DNA from: Candidatus Woesearchaeota archaeon
Lineage (GTDB): Archaea; Nanobdellota; Nanobdellia; Woesearchaeales; JACPBV01
Direction of reading: 5' to 3'
DNA: 64,000 nucleotides
Assembly: GCA_016180135.1 (NCBI GenBank)
Contig: JACPBV010000009.1
Span: forward strand, 19,248 to 83,247
How positions within the stretch are numbered: position 1 is the first letter of the stretch; each line of letters starts with the position of its first letter. Below the pieces are notes generated by a model that saw only the letters and a program-made list of their open reading frames with translations, did no database searches and was not told the DNA's origin. The position numbers were made by a program, and so were the translations under genes. Of this stretch, positions 1-9,628 are shown piece by piece.

Positions 1-1302
1 AGCCAGGACTTTCTTTCCGGGATTGACCATTTTTGCAGCCATCGCCGTCGGCAGCCCTGCTCCCATCGTTGCCAATGCATTGTCAAGCAGGAAAGTTCCG
101 ATAGCATGAGTCTTGTAATGCCTCGAAAACCACAGCTTGTAGATCCCGTTGTCAAGGCAGAGGATATCCTGGGCCCCCATGGCTTTCCGGACATCTGCCA
201 CAACCCTTCTTGGCCTGAGGGGGAAAGAACCGTCATCCGCACCCTCTGAAAAGAGGAGCTTGTCAAGCATTTTTTTTATTGTGCTGCAATATGCTCCGTC
301 AAAGGCATATCCTTTGAGCGCCTCCCCCAGATGCTCCAGCGAGCTCCCAATATCTCCGACAACCTCAATCTGGGGATCATAATGCACCTCTGGCTCAGCC
401 GGAGTGAAATCAATATGAAGGATCTTTTTGTCAAGATGCTTGTTCCACACGCTCGGGGGATGCTCTTTTGTGGCATACCCTATCATGATCATCAGGTCTG
501 ATTTTTCAATCACGCAGTGCACATAATCTCTCTTGTGGAGCCCGAAAGCATACAGTGAATTCTTATGGTCATCTCCCAGCACGCCCTTGCCCAGCTGAGT
601 GTGGATCACAAACAGGTTTGTCTGGTCGCAGAACTTTTTCAGCTGCGAGCTTACTCTTGTCCTCTGCGCCCTTGAAGAGACGATGATAATTGGATGTTTT
701 GCTTTTTTGATCGCCTCGGCAGCAAGCTCTATCGCTTTGGCATCTGCGATCGGCCTGCGGACAGGGAACGGGCGGTGGGGCTTGAACTTCTCTTCCACCG
801 GCTCATCGGCAATGTCTTCAGGCAGCTCAATGTGGCATACTCCCTGCCGTTCTGTCGTCGCAATCTTGAATGCCGCCCTGATCTCATGGGGGATGTTTTT
901 TGGCGTCTGGATCTGTACTGCCCTTTTGGTGATCGGCTTCATCAGGCCGACGACATCCAGAACCTGAAAATTTGCCTGAAGGTTATCCCTGATCCCTTTC
1001 TGGCCCGTAATGGCGACGACAGGCATTCCTCCGAGCTGCGCATGCGCAATTCCCGTCACAAGATTGGTCGCTCCGGGCCCAAGCGTAGCCAGGCAGACCC
1101 CGGCCTTTCCTGTCAGCCTTCCGTAGGTTGCCGCCATGAATGCGGAAGCCTGCTCATGCCTGTTCACAATAAGCTTTATAGAAGACTTCCGGAGGCTTTC
1201 CAGAAGGTCAAGATTCTCCTCTCCGGGAATCCCAAAAACATATTCAACGCCCTCTGCTTCAAGGCATTTCACAAACAGATCAGAAGCTTTCTTTGTTGCC
1301 AT
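1..1302 (-). CDS. Acetolactate-synthase-like thiamine-diphosphate enzyme, large-subunit type (first 434 codons; 3' end lies beyond the window start)
   Basis: Absent from the ORF track because no stop lies in the window. My reverse-strand translation from the ATG (complement of 1300-1302) reads MATKKASDLFVKCLEAEGVEYVFGIPGEENLDLLESLRKSSIKLIVNRHEQASAFMAATYGRLTGKAGVCLATLGPGATNLVTGIAHAQLGG... At the window edge it reads ...LATMGAGLPTAMAAKMVNPGKKVLA. These are PYR- and PP-domain motifs of ALS-type TPP enzymes. The + strand ORFs 599..967, 694..1374 and 1136..1402 are antisense shadows. Confidence 0.8.
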   Translation of the reverse strand, partial: MATKKASDLFVKCLEAEGVEYVFGIPGEENLDLLESLRKSSIKLIVNRHEQASAFMAATYGRLTGKAGVCLATLGPGATNLVTGIAHAQLGGMPVVAITGQKGIRDNLQANFQVLDVVGLMKPITKRAVQIQTPKNIPHEIRAAFKIATTERQGVCHIELPEDIADEPVEEKFKPHRPFPVRRPIADAKAIELAAEAIKKAKHPIIIVSSRAQRTRVSSQLKKFCDQTNLFVIHTQLGKGVLGDDHKNSLYAFGLHKRDYVHCVIEKSDLMIMIGYATKEHPPSVWNKHLDKKILHIDFTPAEPEVHYDPQIEVVGDIGSSLEHLGEALKGYAFDGAYCSTIKKMLDKLLFSEGADDGSFPLRPRRVVADVRKAMGAQDILCLDNGIYKLWFSRHYKTHAIGTFLLDNALATMGAGLPTAMAAKMVNPGKKVLA

Positions 1303-1391
1303 CCTGCCTGTTCACCTCATAGCTTGTTGCCATTTCACTTGTTCACCGCATATTTTTTCCATCTCATTTGTTAACTGCATAGACATTCATC

Positions 1392-2768
1392 TCATTTGTT
1401 AACTGAATAGGCATTGATGCCCTTGATATTCACAAATTCCTTCAGCCCGTATTTTGAAAGCTCCCTTCCGATGCCGCTTTTCTTGACGCCGCCAAAAGGC
1501 ATCCTTGGGTCGGATTTAACGGTTGAATTGATAAAGACGCCTCCTGCCTCAATCTCTTTTGCAAGCCGAAGCCCTCTCCCTTCATCGCCAGTCCAGATGC
1601 ATGCCCCCAGCCCGAATTCAGTCTTATTGGCAGCAGCAGCAATCTTTTCATCAGAGGAAGCAGCAAACACAGGCGCAACGGGGCCGAAAACCTCTTCCTT
1701 CATCACATCCATAGTGGGCTTCACATCGGCGAGAACTGTCGGTTCGAAAAAAAATCCCTTCCCTTCTTTTCTTTTACCGCCGCACAGCACACTTGCCCCT
1801 TTCGAAACAGCATCAGCCACAAACGCTTCCATGCGCTTAACACCCTCTTCGTTAACTAGGGGGCCGACATCAGTTGTCATCTCCATAGGATCCCCAACCT
1901 TAAGCGCTTTGACATAGGCGGTAAATTTTTCTATAAAACTGCCGGCTATTTTCTTTTCAACAATAAATCTCTTTGCTGCGATGCAGCTCTGGCCGTTGTT
2001 CATCGTCCTGCCAACAGCCGCATTTTTTGCAGCAGCATCAACATCAGCATCATCAAGAACAATGAAAGGGTCACTTCCGCCCAGCTCCAGGACGCATTTC
2101 TTCAGGCTCTTCCCGGCAAGAGCAGCGACTCTTGCGCCTGCCTCCGTGCTTCCCGTCAGCGAGATGCCTGCAACAAGAGAGGATTTTATCAGCCCTGCAG
2201 CAGATGTATGGTCAGTAATCACCGTCGTAAAAACACCTTCAGGAAAACCGGCAAGCCTGAATGCTTCCTCGCATGCCATTGCGCATTGGGGAACAACATT
2301 CGAGTGCTTCAAAATACTGACATTTCCAGCTATGACTGTAGGGATTCCAAACCGGAACACTTGCCAATAAGGGAAATTCCACGGCATGATAGAAAAGATC
2401 ACTCCCAGCGGCTCACAGACGACCTTATGCATCTTGCCGTCTGCCTGCACTGCCTCCTCAGCAAGCCATTGCTCCGCATTGTCTGCATACACCTCGCACG
2501 TCCATGCGCACTTCTCAACTTCAGCAAGCGCCTGCTTCAGGGGCTTTCCCATCTCGAGAACGGCAAGCTTTGCATATCGTTCCTTATGCTCCCTCAAAAC
2601 GGCAGCAAGCTTCCTGAACAAGACTCCACGCTCCGCAAAGCTGGTTTTTTTCCACAAAGAAAACGATTCCTTTGCCTTCTTGGCAGCCTCAACCACCTTG
2701 TCCCTGGGCATATACTCATAGCTGGCAATAGCCTCTTCAGTCGCCGGATTGATTGTCGTAAAGCCCAT
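1392..2768 (-). CDS. NAD(P)+-dependent aldehyde dehydrogenase (succinate-semialdehyde dehydrogenase-like)
   Basis: 458-aa ORF with ALDH-superfamily motifs: ELGGSDPFIV (catalytic Glu region), NNGQSCIAAKRF (catalytic Cys) and PFGGVKKSGIGRE near the C-terminus. Confidence 0.85.
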   Translation of the reverse strand: MGFTTINPATEEAIASYEYMPRDKVVEAAKKAKESFSLWKKTSFAERGVLFRKLAAVLREHKERYAKLAVLEMGKPLKQALAEVEKCAWTCEVYADNAEQWLAEEAVQADGKMHKVVCEPLGVIFSIMPWNFPYWQVFRFGIPTVIAGNVSILKHSNVVPQCAMACEEAFRLAGFPEGVFTTVITDHTSAAGLIKSSLVAGISLTGSTEAGARVAALAGKSLKKCVLELGGSDPFIVLDDADVDAAAKNAAVGRTMNNGQSCIAAKRFIVEKKIAGSFIEKFTAYVKALKVGDPMEMTTDVGPLVNEEGVKRMEAFVADAVSKGASVLCGGKRKEGKGFFFEPTVLADVKPTMDVMKEEVFGPVAPVFAASSDEKIAAAANKTEFGLGACIWTGDEGRGLRLAKEIEAGGVFINSTVKSDPRMPFGGVKKSGIGRELSKYGLKEFVNIKGINAYSVNK

Positions 2769-2864
2769 GCTAATCCCTCAGGATATGCCTGAAAATCAAT
2801 ATCATATTTAAATGCAGCTATTCCATCAGGTCTTTGACCGTTGCCGAGGCAAAGCCGAGCGCAA

Positions 2865-3194
2865 CTAAGAAAATCCGAAGATTTTCTGTTGGTGGTTGGA
2901 ATCAGTTTCCACTTCCAGAATGGTTGCACTGAACATATTCCTTGTATTGGCACAATCTGTCAAATACGCCTTGCCATCAGCAGATACCAACTTCAGTTGT
3001 CCGATTTTTTCGGACACTTCAAAACCTTCATCTTGAAGCTTGGTTTTTAAGTCAGACCAATACTTTCTGGCTCTATCTGTTTGAGTTAATGCACCAATGA
3101 TGTCAACTACTGAGAACCACCATTCATCATTAAACCAAGTTCTTCTGATTTTCTTGCCTTGGAATACTACTAATGCTTTGTCTGAAATATTCAT
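2865..3194 (-). pseudogene. BRO-N/DinD-like domain protein, apparently truncated remnant
   Basis: 109-aa ORF. The block KIRRTWFNDEWWFSVVDIIGALT..ARKYWSDLKTKL..KAYLTDCANT matches the N-terminal part of ~270-aa BRO-N-type proteins as I remember them. The ORF stops about 25 codons later. A QPFWKW-like continuation sits in a different frame (ORF 2594..2953) that runs into the ALDH gene. Confidence 0.45.
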
Positions 3195-3524
3195 TTTTCA
3201 AAAACACCCTGATAAGTATATGCTCTGAGGCAAGGCCTAATGTTTATATAAATATTCCGATGAAGGATGGCGACAGATGGGCGCACTCAAACAAAACCTG
3301 TCGCCGGAAAAAAGGTAAAGTTCCTGTAAGTTCCAAAATTTTAGAAATCCTTAAATACTTCTCTTAAACGCCATTCATCAGCAACAAGGGCAAGGCAAGG
3401 GGAGGGTAGGCTCCGCCGGAGTCCCCGAGCAGGAAAAATGTTTCAGAAAAAAATTTGACCGTCGAGCCCCTTTTTGTTGTTGCAATCTTCTACCCTAACT
3501 TTAAAAACTATTTGGGGGATTTCC

Positions 3525-4529
3525 ATGATAAGAATAGCAATCAACGGTTTTGGAAGGATAGGAAGATTGGTTTTCAGGAGAGCATTCCAGGAAAAAGACA
3601 TCCAGATAGCTGCCATCAACGACATCACCAATGCTGATGCGCTTGCCTACATGCTCAAGTTTGATTCCGTCCACGGGAGATTCCCCGGGACAGTCGAGGC
3701 ACGAAAAGATGCGCTTATCGTCAACGGGAAAGAGGTTAAGGTCTGCATGGAAACTGACCCGTCAAAGCTGCCCTGGAAAAAAATTGGCGTTGACGTCGTG
3801 GTTGAATCCACCGGAAGATTCCGCACCAGGGAAGAGGTAGAGGTCCACATCCGGGAAGGGGCAAAAAAAGTCCTTCTCAGCGCGCCTGCAAAAGGCGAAG
3901 AAAAAATAAAAACAATCGTCATGGGGGTGAATGACAGCACCTACCAGGGAGAGAATATTGTCAGCAACGCATCCTGCACCACAAACTGCTTTACGCCGAT
4001 GGCGAAGATCCTGCACGACCACTATGGCATCGTTGATGGCGTTATGACTACTATCCATTCTTACACCAATGACCAGAGGCTTCTTGATACTCCCCATAAA
4101 GACCTGCGAAGGTCAAGGTCTGCGGCATTGAACATGGTTCCGACGTCAACAGGCGCCTCAGAGGCAGTTGCCTCTGTTATTCCTGACCTTGCAGGCAAGA
4201 TCATCGGCTCAGCCATCAGGGTTCCGACTCCAGACGGCTCATTGTGCCATTTTGTCGTTACCCTAGGCAAAGACAGGCACACCTGCAATAAGGAGGAAGT
4301 CAAATCATTGTTCAAAAAAGCATCTCAGGGAGCGATGAAGGGGATTTTAGAATACTCAGAAGATGCCTTAGTCTCTTCCGACATCATCGGCAACCCCAAT
4401 TCCTGCATCTTCGATGCCCAGTTGACCGACTGCATCGGCCAGAAGCTGGTCGTTGTCGGCTGGTATGACAACGAATGGGGCTACAGCTGCAGGATGATTG
4501 ACCTGATAAAGCTGATGATGAAGAAGTAA
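3525..4529 (+). CDS. gap: Glyceraldehyde-3-phosphate dehydrogenase, type I (bacterial/eukaryotic class)
   Basis: MIRIAINGFGRIGRLVFR Rossmann N-terminus, catalytic SNASCTTNC, and WYDNEWGYS near the C-terminus. I start at ATG 3525, in frame with track ORF 3474 and preceded by GGGGGAT. Confidence 0.9.
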   Translation: MIRIAINGFGRIGRLVFRRAFQEKDIQIAAINDITNADALAYMLKFDSVHGRFPGTVEARKDALIVNGKEVKVCMETDPSKLPWKKIGVDVVVESTGRFRTREEVEVHIREGAKKVLLSAPAKGEEKIKTIVMGVNDSTYQGENIVSNASCTTNCFTPMAKILHDHYGIVDGVMTTIHSYTNDQRLLDTPHKDLRRSRSAALNMVPTSTGASEAVASVIPDLAGKIIGSAIRVPTPDGSLCHFVVTLGKDRHTCNKEEVKSLFKKASQGAMKGILEYSEDALVSSDIIGNPNSCIFDAQLTDCIGQKLVVVGWYDNEWGYSCRMIDLIKLMMKK

Positions 4530-4571
4530 AAGATGATACAGAAGTAAAACTAATAAAAATAATAGGTTTGC

Positions 4572-5354
4572 CTAATTGGGGCTGAATGGGTGGATTTTAT
4601 TAATCCTTATCGGCTTGCCTGGCGCTTCACCCTGATATGGGGAATGGTGGTCTCCAGGAATTGGAACTACGATTTCTAAGATGGGCACTACCCTCCTCAA
4701 ATTTTCTAATCCTTGCTTGATAAAATAATCTTTTATTCTATGGATGTCTTTCAATCTTGGATCTTGGTTTGGAACCTTTCCAACTCCCCATGGTAAGGTG
4801 ATTTTAGCCATGTCATAGCCTTTCGGGGAAGTGAGGTGTAATGCCCTTTCTGAAACATTACTGCTGTAACGTTCTGTAAACCTGAGGAGAAAGTCCTTCC
4901 TGAGCACCATCTCAGCAAGAAGCTCATTATTAAAATCCCTATCCTTATAGGTTGGATGCTGCTCTGCGAATCTTTTAGCATCATCCATAATTCCCTCCTT
5001 CTCTGGCCCAAAAAGCTCAATACCAATCGGCCCACTAACTAAGCCGTCAATAGTTGCCCTCTTTCCATCTACTCTTAGGGGGGTTCCGTCCTCAATAGGT
5101 GCAACAAACCTCCAATAATTGGACACCGGTGGTTCAGTCTCTTGAACAACGCCCAGGATGTGCGCAATAAGAAATTCCTTCATCTCTCTTGTGCCCTCAA
5201 TGCCTTGGGTATAGTCCTCTATTTTCGCCTTCTTGACGATATAGAGCATTTCACCCTTAGGGGAAGGTTTGATGAGAGCCATCACTTCCCTTTGATCATT
5301 TGTATCAAGATAAAAGACTCCTAAGGGGTCATTAAGCTTTTCCAGAGGTTTCAT
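4572..5354 (-). CDS. Hypothetical protein (260 aa)
   Basis: Long uninterrupted ORF with normal amino-acid composition. No motif recognised. Confidence 0.6.
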   Translation of the reverse strand: MKPLEKLNDPLGVFYLDTNDQREVMALIKPSPKGEMLYIVKKAKIEDYTQGIEGTREMKEFLIAHILGVVQETEPPVSNYWRFVAPIEDGTPLRVDGKRATIDGLVSGPIGIELFGPEKEGIMDDAKRFAEQHPTYKDRDFNNELLAEMVLRKDFLLRFTERYSSNVSERALHLTSPKGYDMAKITLPWGVGKVPNQDPRLKDIHRIKDYFIKQGLENLRRVVPILEIVVPIPGDHHSPYQGEAPGKPIRINKIHPFSPN

Positions 5355-5386
5355 AGTTCTCTCTAAGAAAGGGCTCGCAGAGTATT

Positions 5387-6223
5387 TTAAAACCTATCGT
5401 TCCCAATAATGCCCTTGCCGATCTTCCTCTGCCAATACATTCTGTTGAACAGCCCCAGAAAGTAAACTCCCGCTATTGCATACCCCCAGACAAACCTCTG
5501 GTAGATCCAGTAATTCTTCACATAAAACAGGTAATTCCCAAAGATGACATTCTTGGCGAAGAGATGGATGAGCAGCAGTGCTCCCCCTAAACCTAAAATT
5601 ATCTTGAGATCCTGCCAAAGAAACCCAAGCGAGCCTTTCTTTATTGCCATAAAAAATACCCTGGCAGGATGCTCCTTCTCCTTAAGATAGGCGAAGTGGG
5701 CGATATTGACGGCAGCATAGGCAATCAGTGAGGCAATGATTGCGCTCAGCGAAGCCCCTAAAAACACAAGGAGCAGCATGATAGGGTCCTGAGCCTGGTT
5801 TGACTTCACACGAAGCATTCCCATCAGGTTCACCAGGATAAAAAAGTAAGCGAACAGCAGCGGCACCATAAGTTTGAGGTTGAAGATAATGAAAGGAAAA
5901 ACTCCTTTGAGCAGGCTCGGATACTTTGAAAAAATTCCCGCTGCTCCGTTTTCCAGAATCCATAAAATATGGTGCTTAAAGAATGAATAAAGGGCAGTAA
6001 TGATCCCTAACACGAGGATTGCCCCGGCAAGATATGCCCCGAGCCACGGCCAGTATGCCGTCTGTTCCCGCAGCCTATAAAAAAATTGGTCAAAGGAAAA
6101 CAGTAGCCCCCTCATCATATACATCAATAAGAAGAAAGCAGCGTCGATGCCAGCCATAAAAAAAAGAAGATAGGGATTTGAGAACATCTGCTTGATCCCC
6201 ACCCTAACATAGTTCTGCCGCAT
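5387..6223 (-). CDS. Polytopic membrane protein (278 aa as trimmed)
   Basis: Multiple hydrophobic helices (FFLLMYMMRGLLF, ILVLGIITALYSFF, LMVPLLFAYFFILVNLMGML, LLLVFLGASLSAIIASLIAYAAV, IILGLGGALLLIHLF). I trimmed the start to MRQNY (ATG complement of 6221-6223) because the upstream part of track ORF 5387..6400 overlaps the better-looking lipoprotein ORF. Confidence 0.6.
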   Translation of the reverse strand: MRQNYVRVGIKQMFSNPYLLFFMAGIDAAFFLLMYMMRGLLFSFDQFFYRLREQTAYWPWLGAYLAGAILVLGIITALYSFFKHHILWILENGAAGIFSKYPSLLKGVFPFIIFNLKLMVPLLFAYFFILVNLMGMLRVKSNQAQDPIMLLLVFLGASLSAIIASLIAYAAVNIAHFAYLKEKEHPARVFFMAIKKGSLGFLWQDLKIILGLGGALLLIHLFAKNVIFGNYLFYVKNYWIYQRFVWGYAIAGVYFLGLFNRMYWQRKIGKGIIGNDRF

Positions 6224-6227
6224 CGCC

Positions 6228-6422
6228 TTACAAAGCGCCTGTTGCCGAAGAGGCTGCCCCTTCCGCAGCATCAACTGTTGGCTCAGCAGGCATCTGTATC
6301 CCGCAGCCTCCTCCGACCGGCCCTGATGGCGGCTGGTAGCTTCCTGAATCCTGCTGAGTGCATCCGGCAGCAAATAGCGCCAAAATCGCAAGCAGCACAA
6401 CCGCTAAAGTTTTTGCATTCAT
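6228..6422 (-). CDS. Small secreted lipoprotein-like peptide (64 aa)
   Basis: MNAKTLAVVLLAILALFAAGC is a signal peptide plus lipobox-like cysteine, followed by a Gly/Pro/Ala-rich tail. The stop lies 4 nt before the start of the downstream membrane protein. Confidence 0.45.
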   Translation of the reverse strand: MNAKTLAVVLLAILALFAAGCTQQDSGSYQPPSGPVGGGCGIQMPAEPTVDAAEGAASSATGAL

Positions 6423-6456
6423 TGTCTCACCTTCAGTTTTTTATGCTTATCCCCGA

Positions 6457-7821
6457 TTATCCTTCGGGCTGGGCTTCAACAGGCTCAAACATGCTGTTGT
6501 TCCCGATGAATTTGAACCTCTGGTTCAGGACTTCAATCTTCCTGAAGATAAAAGACCCATCAGCCTCTATTGTCCCGACCTGCGGCCAGACTCTCACAAA
6601 CTGCTCATACCCCTTTGCTTCTGGAGAAAGCACGATGGTCGGCGCAGCAGAGATGCTGTATTTTTCAATCAGCTTTTTCCCCTCGCTGGAACTGATATCG
6701 ATGCTCTTCTCATCTTTGATTGCAACGCCGTATCTCCGTAAGATGCTCTTGTGCAGCGCAACATCATAACATGCTCTGCATGAAGAGTCATTGATCATCA
6801 CTAACGACACTAAGCCTGTAATCTTCCCGGTTGTTGCATTGGTGTAAGGCATCCCGGTCTCCCGCAGCACATGCATCCCGTCAGGCTCTATGGTGCCGAT
6901 GCTTTCCCATTCTTGGGTTACCTCGGGATACAGGGAGATATCTTCTGAAAGCAGGAGCGCAGGTATCTTTTCTATCCGGTATTTTCCTGCCAGCGCTTTT
7001 CCTTCGGCGCTTGCGAATTCCACCATTCTCTCCTTCCCTATAGCCGCTATCTTCTTGAGTTCAGCCATCGTGGTGTCAAGGTCGCTGCACAGTTGGCAGC
7101 TGCTGTCTACGAGCTGTGTTGCCGCAACGATGCCGACAATCCTTTTTGTCGGGACATCTGTATATGGCGCCTTTACCCCGGAAAAGATTAAAGCCCCATT
7201 GTTCTCTTCAAACTGCCCCAGGGAAGTTTTGTTCAGCTCTCCTGTGACGATGATTGCAGGAACCCTGCTGACAGCATAAGAGCTGAGAATTTTCTGCGCT
7301 TCCTTGCTGCTGATATCAAGATTTTCCTCCTTGGTGATATTCACCTTTCCGCTTTTGAGCGATGTGAGAATTTCCGAAATATCAAAACATTGCGGGCATT
7401 TTTTGTCAGTCACTGCAGTCAATGCGATTTTAGCCGGAACTGCCCGTTCCTTGGCCTCAGCGACTGCTTTTGCGATACTGCCCCCCATCGTTCCTGTCTG
7501 GACGGTGTTGATGAGGAGCAATGCTCCGAGGATTCCGGCAAGCGCGATCGTGATCCACCCTAAGTTCCTTCCCCCGGAGCTTGCGCTTTGATGGCGGTGC
7601 TCATAGGGATGCGCAGCATGATGGCCCCCCGCAGGTTTCACAGGTTTGGCAGTTCTTTTATGGGGCTCGGCGGTAACCGCTTCAGGGCCCAGTCCCGAAC
7701 TTCCGGAATCCGCTTCAGAAATCTTTTCAGGCGCACCTGTTTGCAGAGGACTGCTGTCTTCATTTTTTTCTTCGTTCAAGCAAAACACCTCTATGGATAC
7801 CAGATAAAGCCCCCAAAACAA
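6457..7821 (-). CDS. Membrane-anchored protein with three tandem thioredoxin-fold CxxC modules (extracytoplasmic thiol-disulfide oxidoreductase candidate)
   Basis: One TM helix (LGWITIALAGILGALLLINTV) is followed by three ~105-aa repeats. Each repeat has a CxxC (KKCPQCFD, SSCQLCSD, SSCRACYD) and a downstream [VIA]P[AT] cis-Pro-like position (SRVPAIIV, EKIPALLL, SAAPTIVL). Confidence 0.7.
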   Translation of the reverse strand: MFWGLYLVSIEVFCLNEEKNEDSSPLQTGAPEKISEADSGSSGLGPEAVTAEPHKRTAKPVKPAGGHHAAHPYEHRHQSASSGGRNLGWITIALAGILGALLLINTVQTGTMGGSIAKAVAEAKERAVPAKIALTAVTDKKCPQCFDISEILTSLKSGKVNITKEENLDISSKEAQKILSSYAVSRVPAIIVTGELNKTSLGQFEENNGALIFSGVKAPYTDVPTKRIVGIVAATQLVDSSCQLCSDLDTTMAELKKIAAIGKERMVEFASAEGKALAGKYRIEKIPALLLSEDISLYPEVTQEWESIGTIEPDGMHVLRETGMPYTNATTGKITGLVSLVMINDSSCRACYDVALHKSILRRYGVAIKDEKSIDISSSEGKKLIEKYSISAAPTIVLSPEAKGYEQFVRVWPQVGTIEADGSFIFRKIEVLNQRFKFIGNNSMFEPVEAQPEG

Positions 7822-8146
7822 AAAATTCCACCACCTATTTAAGCTTTGTGGAGATACCTCTATTTTAGTGTGATTAATTTAACTTTGAACAGAGCCGGAA
7901 TACCATTGTTTATGCTGAACCCTAATTATTGCCCATTTATAGATTTGAGCCCGTTTCCTGTTCAGTCCTCCTGGACTCCTAAACATTATTAAACCCTGGC
8001 TGAAAGATACATCGAAGAAATACGATGATTGAGGCTGCGCGCAATGTAATAAACTTCAATGCAATCCAAAGAACATTTAGCAGCCCTAGGAACCTTTAGC
8101 AATTCAAAAATCTTTTATCAATCCAAACACCTAAGGAAGTAGCCCA

Positions 8147-9226
8147 ATGGCAGAAAAAAAAATCGGGATGATCACCCCTTTCCCGCCGGAGCATGACGGC
8201 ATCGCTGTCTATGCTGATTCCCTCTGGCATGCGATGGGGAAGGGGAGGAAAAATGTCCGCATCATCGGAGGTATCCAGAGCAGGGCCCCTTTGAAAATTG
8301 ACAGCCGCTCGTTTGCCCTTAAAGCAAATCTCAATAAACTTATCGAAAAAGAGCATCTCAGCCTTCTCCACTTTCAGTATGTCCCTTCGTTGTTTGGCAG
8401 GCATACCCTGAACCTCAACCTCCTTGCAGCCATGGGCCTCCCGGTGAAGCGCATTGTCACCTTGCACGAAGTCCATGATGGGAAGGGCGGCCTTAAAAAC
8501 CGCATCCTCGAGCGCCTCCAGAGAGCCATAATTAAGAAAGCGGATGCTGTCATCGTCCACACCCCCGAGCAGAAGGAATTCCTCGATGAAAAATACCGCT
8601 CCAGTAACCTCCGCTGCATCCTTCAGGGAATGGAGGTAAGCTCCCGCCCGAAGGATTCCCCCAAAAAGAAAAACCTCTTGTTCTTTGGAATGATATCCTC
8701 TAAGAAAGGGGTGCCCTGCCTGATAGGAGCGATGCAGTATCTTCCTTATTACCACCTCCAGATTGCCGGAAGGTTTGTTGACCGTGGCGCAGAAGCCGAA
8801 GTGATGCAGGCGCTCAGGAAGCATGCGGCCCTGGCCCATCCCGGGAATATGCTTCCGCCCAATAATATTCAGACAGACTTTGGATGGATTTCAGAGCAAA
8901 AAAAATCAGAATACTACCAAAATGCCGATCTTGTTGTCCTTCCCTACACCTGGGCCCCTTACCAGTCCGCTGTGATGCAGGATGCCTTGGGCCACGGCCT
9001 TCCTGTCGTAGTCACCGACGTTGGTTATTTGCCGGAGATGGTCAGCATGTTCAATATCGGCGAGGTTGCAAGGCCGAACAACCCCTTCCTCCTTGCAGAA
9101 GCCATAATGAAAGTATTTTGCAGCTATAAAGAATACGGGAAGGGCATTTTGGCCTATCAGTCTAGGGCATCATGGAATGTGGTCGCAAAAGAGCACTTGC
9201 GCCTGTATAGGGAAGTTTTGCAATGA
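8147..9226 (+). CDS. Glycosyltransferase, GT-B fold, family 4-like
   Basis: N-terminus KKIGMITPFPPEHDGIAVYADSL. The C-terminal half reads FFGMISSKKG...DLVVLPYTWAPYQSAVMQDALGHGLPVVVTDVG, typical of GT4/GT1 enzymes. ORF 8096..8839 (-) is its antisense shadow. Confidence 0.85.
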   Translation: MAEKKIGMITPFPPEHDGIAVYADSLWHAMGKGRKNVRIIGGIQSRAPLKIDSRSFALKANLNKLIEKEHLSLLHFQYVPSLFGRHTLNLNLLAAMGLPVKRIVTLHEVHDGKGGLKNRILERLQRAIIKKADAVIVHTPEQKEFLDEKYRSSNLRCILQGMEVSSRPKDSPKKKNLLFFGMISSKKGVPCLIGAMQYLPYYHLQIAGRFVDRGAEAEVMQALRKHAALAHPGNMLPPNNIQTDFGWISEQKKSEYYQNADLVVLPYTWAPYQSAVMQDALGHGLPVVVTDVGYLPEMVSMFNIGEVARPNNPFLLAEAIMKVFCSYKEYGKGILAYQSRASWNVVAKEHLRLYREVLQ

Positions 9227-9311
9227 TCTCAAATCCCTCAAACCCATGTTAACTATAGTGAAGAAAGATTTATATATCCCAGCTTTATTAACATTCACGA
9301 GGTGATGTCCT

Positions 9312-9515
9312 ATGATGGGATGCAGAAAATGCATGGGAGTAAGCGGAGCAATCTTCCTTGTTTTAGGGTTGTTGTTCCTTTTGGTTGATTTGGGAATCTG
9401 GGACTTTTGGGGCATCCAGTGGTGGTCGGCAGTGCTGATTGTTTTAGGCATCGGCAAGCTGGCGATGAAGACGTGCCCGGACTGCATGGCGATTGCAACT
9501 GGAAAGAAGAAGTGA
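9312..9515 (+). CDS. Small membrane protein with paired CxxC motifs (67 aa)
   Basis: GCRKC...two hydrophobic helices...TCPDC. A GAGGTGAT-like sequence lies just upstream and a T-rich tract follows the stop. Confidence 0.5.
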   Translation: MMGCRKCMGVSGAIFLVLGLLFLLVDLGIWDFWGIQWWSAVLIVLGIGKLAMKTCPDCMAIATGKKK

Positions 9516-9518
9516 GTC

Positions 9519-9570
9519 TTTTCTTTATTCTTTTTTTATTTTGATTTTTCTTTAGTTTTTCCTTCAATTC
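9519..9570 (+). terminator. T-rich tract between convergent genes (archaeal oligo-T terminator candidate)
   Basis: gtcttttctttattctttttttattttgatttttctttagtttttcc lies directly after the stop at 9515 and before the transketolase stop at 9629. Confidence 0.4.
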
Positions 9571-9628
9571 TTTTGTTGTTTATTATCCCTTCCTCGCTTT
9601 GCTTTTTTCTAAAGTTGCCCCTGTTGCC

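Noticed and set aside
599-1402. Plus-strand ORFs 599..967, 694..1374 and 1136..1402 at the window start
   Set aside because: They are antisense to a far better minus-strand reading frame with unmistakable ALS/TPP-enzyme motifs. Their own translations are Cys/Arg/Ser-rich nonsense.
3474-3524. N-terminal extensions offered by the ORF track (gap 3474, Lrp-type 23871, membrane protein 6400, VapC 17083, VapB 17459, 57068, 60148)
   Set aside because: The extensions overlap neighbouring genes or encode non-conserved, low-complexity residues. Internal ATGs give canonical N-termini (for example MIRIAINGFGRIGR for GAPDH).
8096-8839. 247-aa minus-strand ORF, and many similar 60-210-aa ORFs nested in or antisense to long genes (for example 1414..1917, 13858..14496, 15972..16595, 28008..28313, 43051..43437)
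   Set aside because: They are shadow ORFs of convincingly assigned genes on the opposite strand or in another frame. None has motifs, and their composition is atypical.
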